This document shows positions 62,810-64,000 of a stretch of 64,000 nt of DNA, one piece after another. The notes below the pieces were generated by a model. That model saw only the letters and a program-made list of their open reading frames with translations. It was not told where the DNA came from and did not search any database. Source of the DNA: Alistipes shahii. Its GTDB lineage: Bacteria; Bacillota_I; Bacilli_A; RFN20; CAG-826. The stretch covers positions 4,298-68,297 of the forward strand of contig CAVBUY010000005.1 of the NCBI GenBank assembly GCA_963598795.1. Direction: 5' to 3'. The number at the start of each line of letters is the position of its first letter. Position 1 is the first letter of the stretch. A program made the translations under genes and the position numbers.

Positions 62810-64000
62810 TTATTCGATGCTCAGCAAGAATGAATACACCGGTTGGTTCCCACGGCGAACGTCGATGTCCACCAAAGGATATTTCTCTCCAAGCGCGCAT
62901 GATATGTCATCCATTTCCTTGTCGTTTACGTCTTCTCCGGCAAAGATGGTTATCAATGATGTGTCTTCGTCGACCAACGATCCCAACGCGTCACGCAAGG
63001 CTTTTTTCTTATCTGGGACGCAAGAGACGATGTTGTGTTTGCCAGCCATAGCCAAATACTGGTCTTTGGTAACGTGCACGCCATCGATTTCGGTATCTCT
63101 GGTAGCGAAGGTGACGCAACCGGATTTAACGGCCGAAATGGCTTCTTTCATCGATTCCACGACCTCGTCGCGATCGCTTTCTTCGTCGAATTGCATCAAG
63201 GCCGCTATGCCTTCTTGGATGGTGCAGGATCCCACGACCCTTACTTTGGTTTCGGAATTGTTCTTCAATGCCGCAGCCTGATTGGCGGCCAAGATGATAT
63301 TGGAATTGTTCGGGAAGATATATACGTTATGGGCGTGGACTTCCTCGATGGCTTTGGTGAAGTCTTCGGTTGACGGATTCATCGTCTGTCCGCCGGAAAC
63401 GATGTAAGTCGCCCCGAGCTCTTTGAAGGCATCGTCTAGCCCTGAGCCGGAAGAAACAACGATCGTCGCGTTCTCCACCCAGTCTTTCTTTTTGTTTCTT
63501 TCGATGTTCCCTTCCATATCCATGGCTTTGTCGCCATGAGAGATATTATCGTGTTCTTCAGACATGTTCTCAATGGTGATGGTGAGAAACTCCCCGTAGT
63601 TTTGGGCATAATTCAACATCGTTCCCGGAGATAAGGTATGAACGTGAACCTTGACGATATCCCCGTCCTGAACCATGACTATTGAATTGCCGTGCGCAGC
63701 TAAGAAACTCTCAAATTTCTTGGAAATGAACTGCCTTTTTCCTTCTTCTGGCTTTCCTAAGCGAAGCAAGAATTGGGTGCAATAGCCATATCCATCCTCG
63801 CCTTCTTGGACTTTGGCCCCAGCATAACTATCGCCGGTATTGAACAAGGTGGAGACGGAATTGTCTTTGTTCACGTCGTTCATGTCGCTTCTTTCGACGA
63901 ATTTGCCTCTTAAAGCCTTATCCATCCCTTCCAAGACGAAGCATAAGCCCGCACCGCCGGAATCGACGACGCCGACTTCTTTCAATATCGGGAGCAAATC
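62810..64000 (-). CDS. fakA: DAK2-domain protein YloV / fatty acid kinase subunit FakA (N-terminus outside the window)
   Basis: The frame is open to the window edge. VVDSGGAGL is the Dak2 motif and the C-terminal half is DegV-like. The gene occupies the conserved position immediately upstream of recG. Confidence 0.75.
   Translation of the reverse strand, partial: DLLPILKEVGVVDSGGAGLCFVLEGMDKALRGKFVERSDMNDVNKDNSVSTLFNTGDSYAGAKVQEGEDGYGYCTQFLLRLGKPEEGKRQFISKKFESFLAAHGNSIVMVQDGDIVKVHVHTLSPGTMLNYAQNYGEFLTITIENMSEEHDNISHGDKAMDMEGNIERNKKKDWVENATIVVSSGSGLDDAFKELGATYIVSGGQTMNPSTEDFTKAIEEVHAHNVYIFPNNSNIILAANQAAALKNNSETKVRVVGSCTIQEGIAALMQFDEESDRDEVVESMKEAISAVKSGCVTFATRDTEIDGVHVTKDQYLAMAGKHNIVSCVPDKKKALRDALGSLVDEDTSLITIFAGEDVNDKEMDDISCALGEKYPLVDIDVRRGNQPVYSFLLSIE

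Noticed and set aside
62766-63281. 171-aa plus-strand ORF antisense to fakA, with neighbours at 62776 and 63035
   Set aside because: All of them lie inside the DAK2/FakA coding region. The products are S/T-rich low-complexity sequence with no start-site signals.
1-64000. Alternative genetic code (UGA = Trp, Mollicutes code 4)
   Set aside because: Long housekeeping ORFs (polC, topA, feoB, recG) are uninterrupted under the standard code, and some genes end in TGA (e.g. the STAS-kinase gene at 5950-5952). Code 11 therefore fits.
1-64000. CRISPR arrays, rRNA operons, RNase P RNA, tmRNA and SRP RNA
   Set aside because: I scanned the intergenic regions by eye for regularly spaced direct repeats and for hallmark motifs such as GAGGAAAGTCC and the tmRNA or SRP conserved cores. 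None was found. The only structured RNAs I can support are the six tRNAs.

Overview
This 64-kb chromosomal window comes from a moderate/low-GC bacterium that uses the standard code: UGA is a stop and long ORFs are uninterrupted. All calls were made by eye from the ORF translations and the raw sequence, with no database search.

**Lineage and backbone (34.2-64 kb).** The replicase is PolC-type, which places the organism in the Bacillota/Mycoplasmatota lineage. On the minus strand this region reproduces the Bacillus subtilis order yloV(fakA)-recG-plsX-rnc-ftsY-ylxM-ffh ... rplS-rbgA-rnhB-dprA-topA-trmFO-codV(xerC) ... rpsB-tsf-pyrH-frr-cdsA-dxr-rseP-polC. Many genes normally interspersed there are missing at these positions: fapR/fabD/fabG/acpP, smc, sucCD, clpQY-codY, the fla/che genes, uppS and proS. 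The rpsP-ylqC-rimM-trmD block is inverted, and it sits next to a glycerophosphodiesterase gene and a GC-rich IS30-type HTH fragment.

**Accessory region (0-34 kb).** It contains:
- two ABC-type clusters
- a sensor-phosphatase/kinase plus two-STAS partner-switching operon with no sigma factor, in which one STAS is fused to an APH/choline-kinase-like domain
- a large-lipoprotein/ABC operon whose ATPase is fused to a roughly 560-aa polytopic membrane domain
- a feoA-feoA-feoB operon ending in a Cys-rich/HMA fusion, preceded by two copies of a DtxR/IdeR-like box
- an ArdC-like gene and decayed DNA beside a tRNA cluster
- a Big_2/VanZ surface protein, a GH3-like protein with substituted catalytic residues, and an alpha/beta hydrolase, in one operon
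- mgtC, an orphan Sfp-type PPTase, and a decayed island next to tRNA-Pro

Six tRNA genes were found. No rRNA gene and no CRISPR array was seen.
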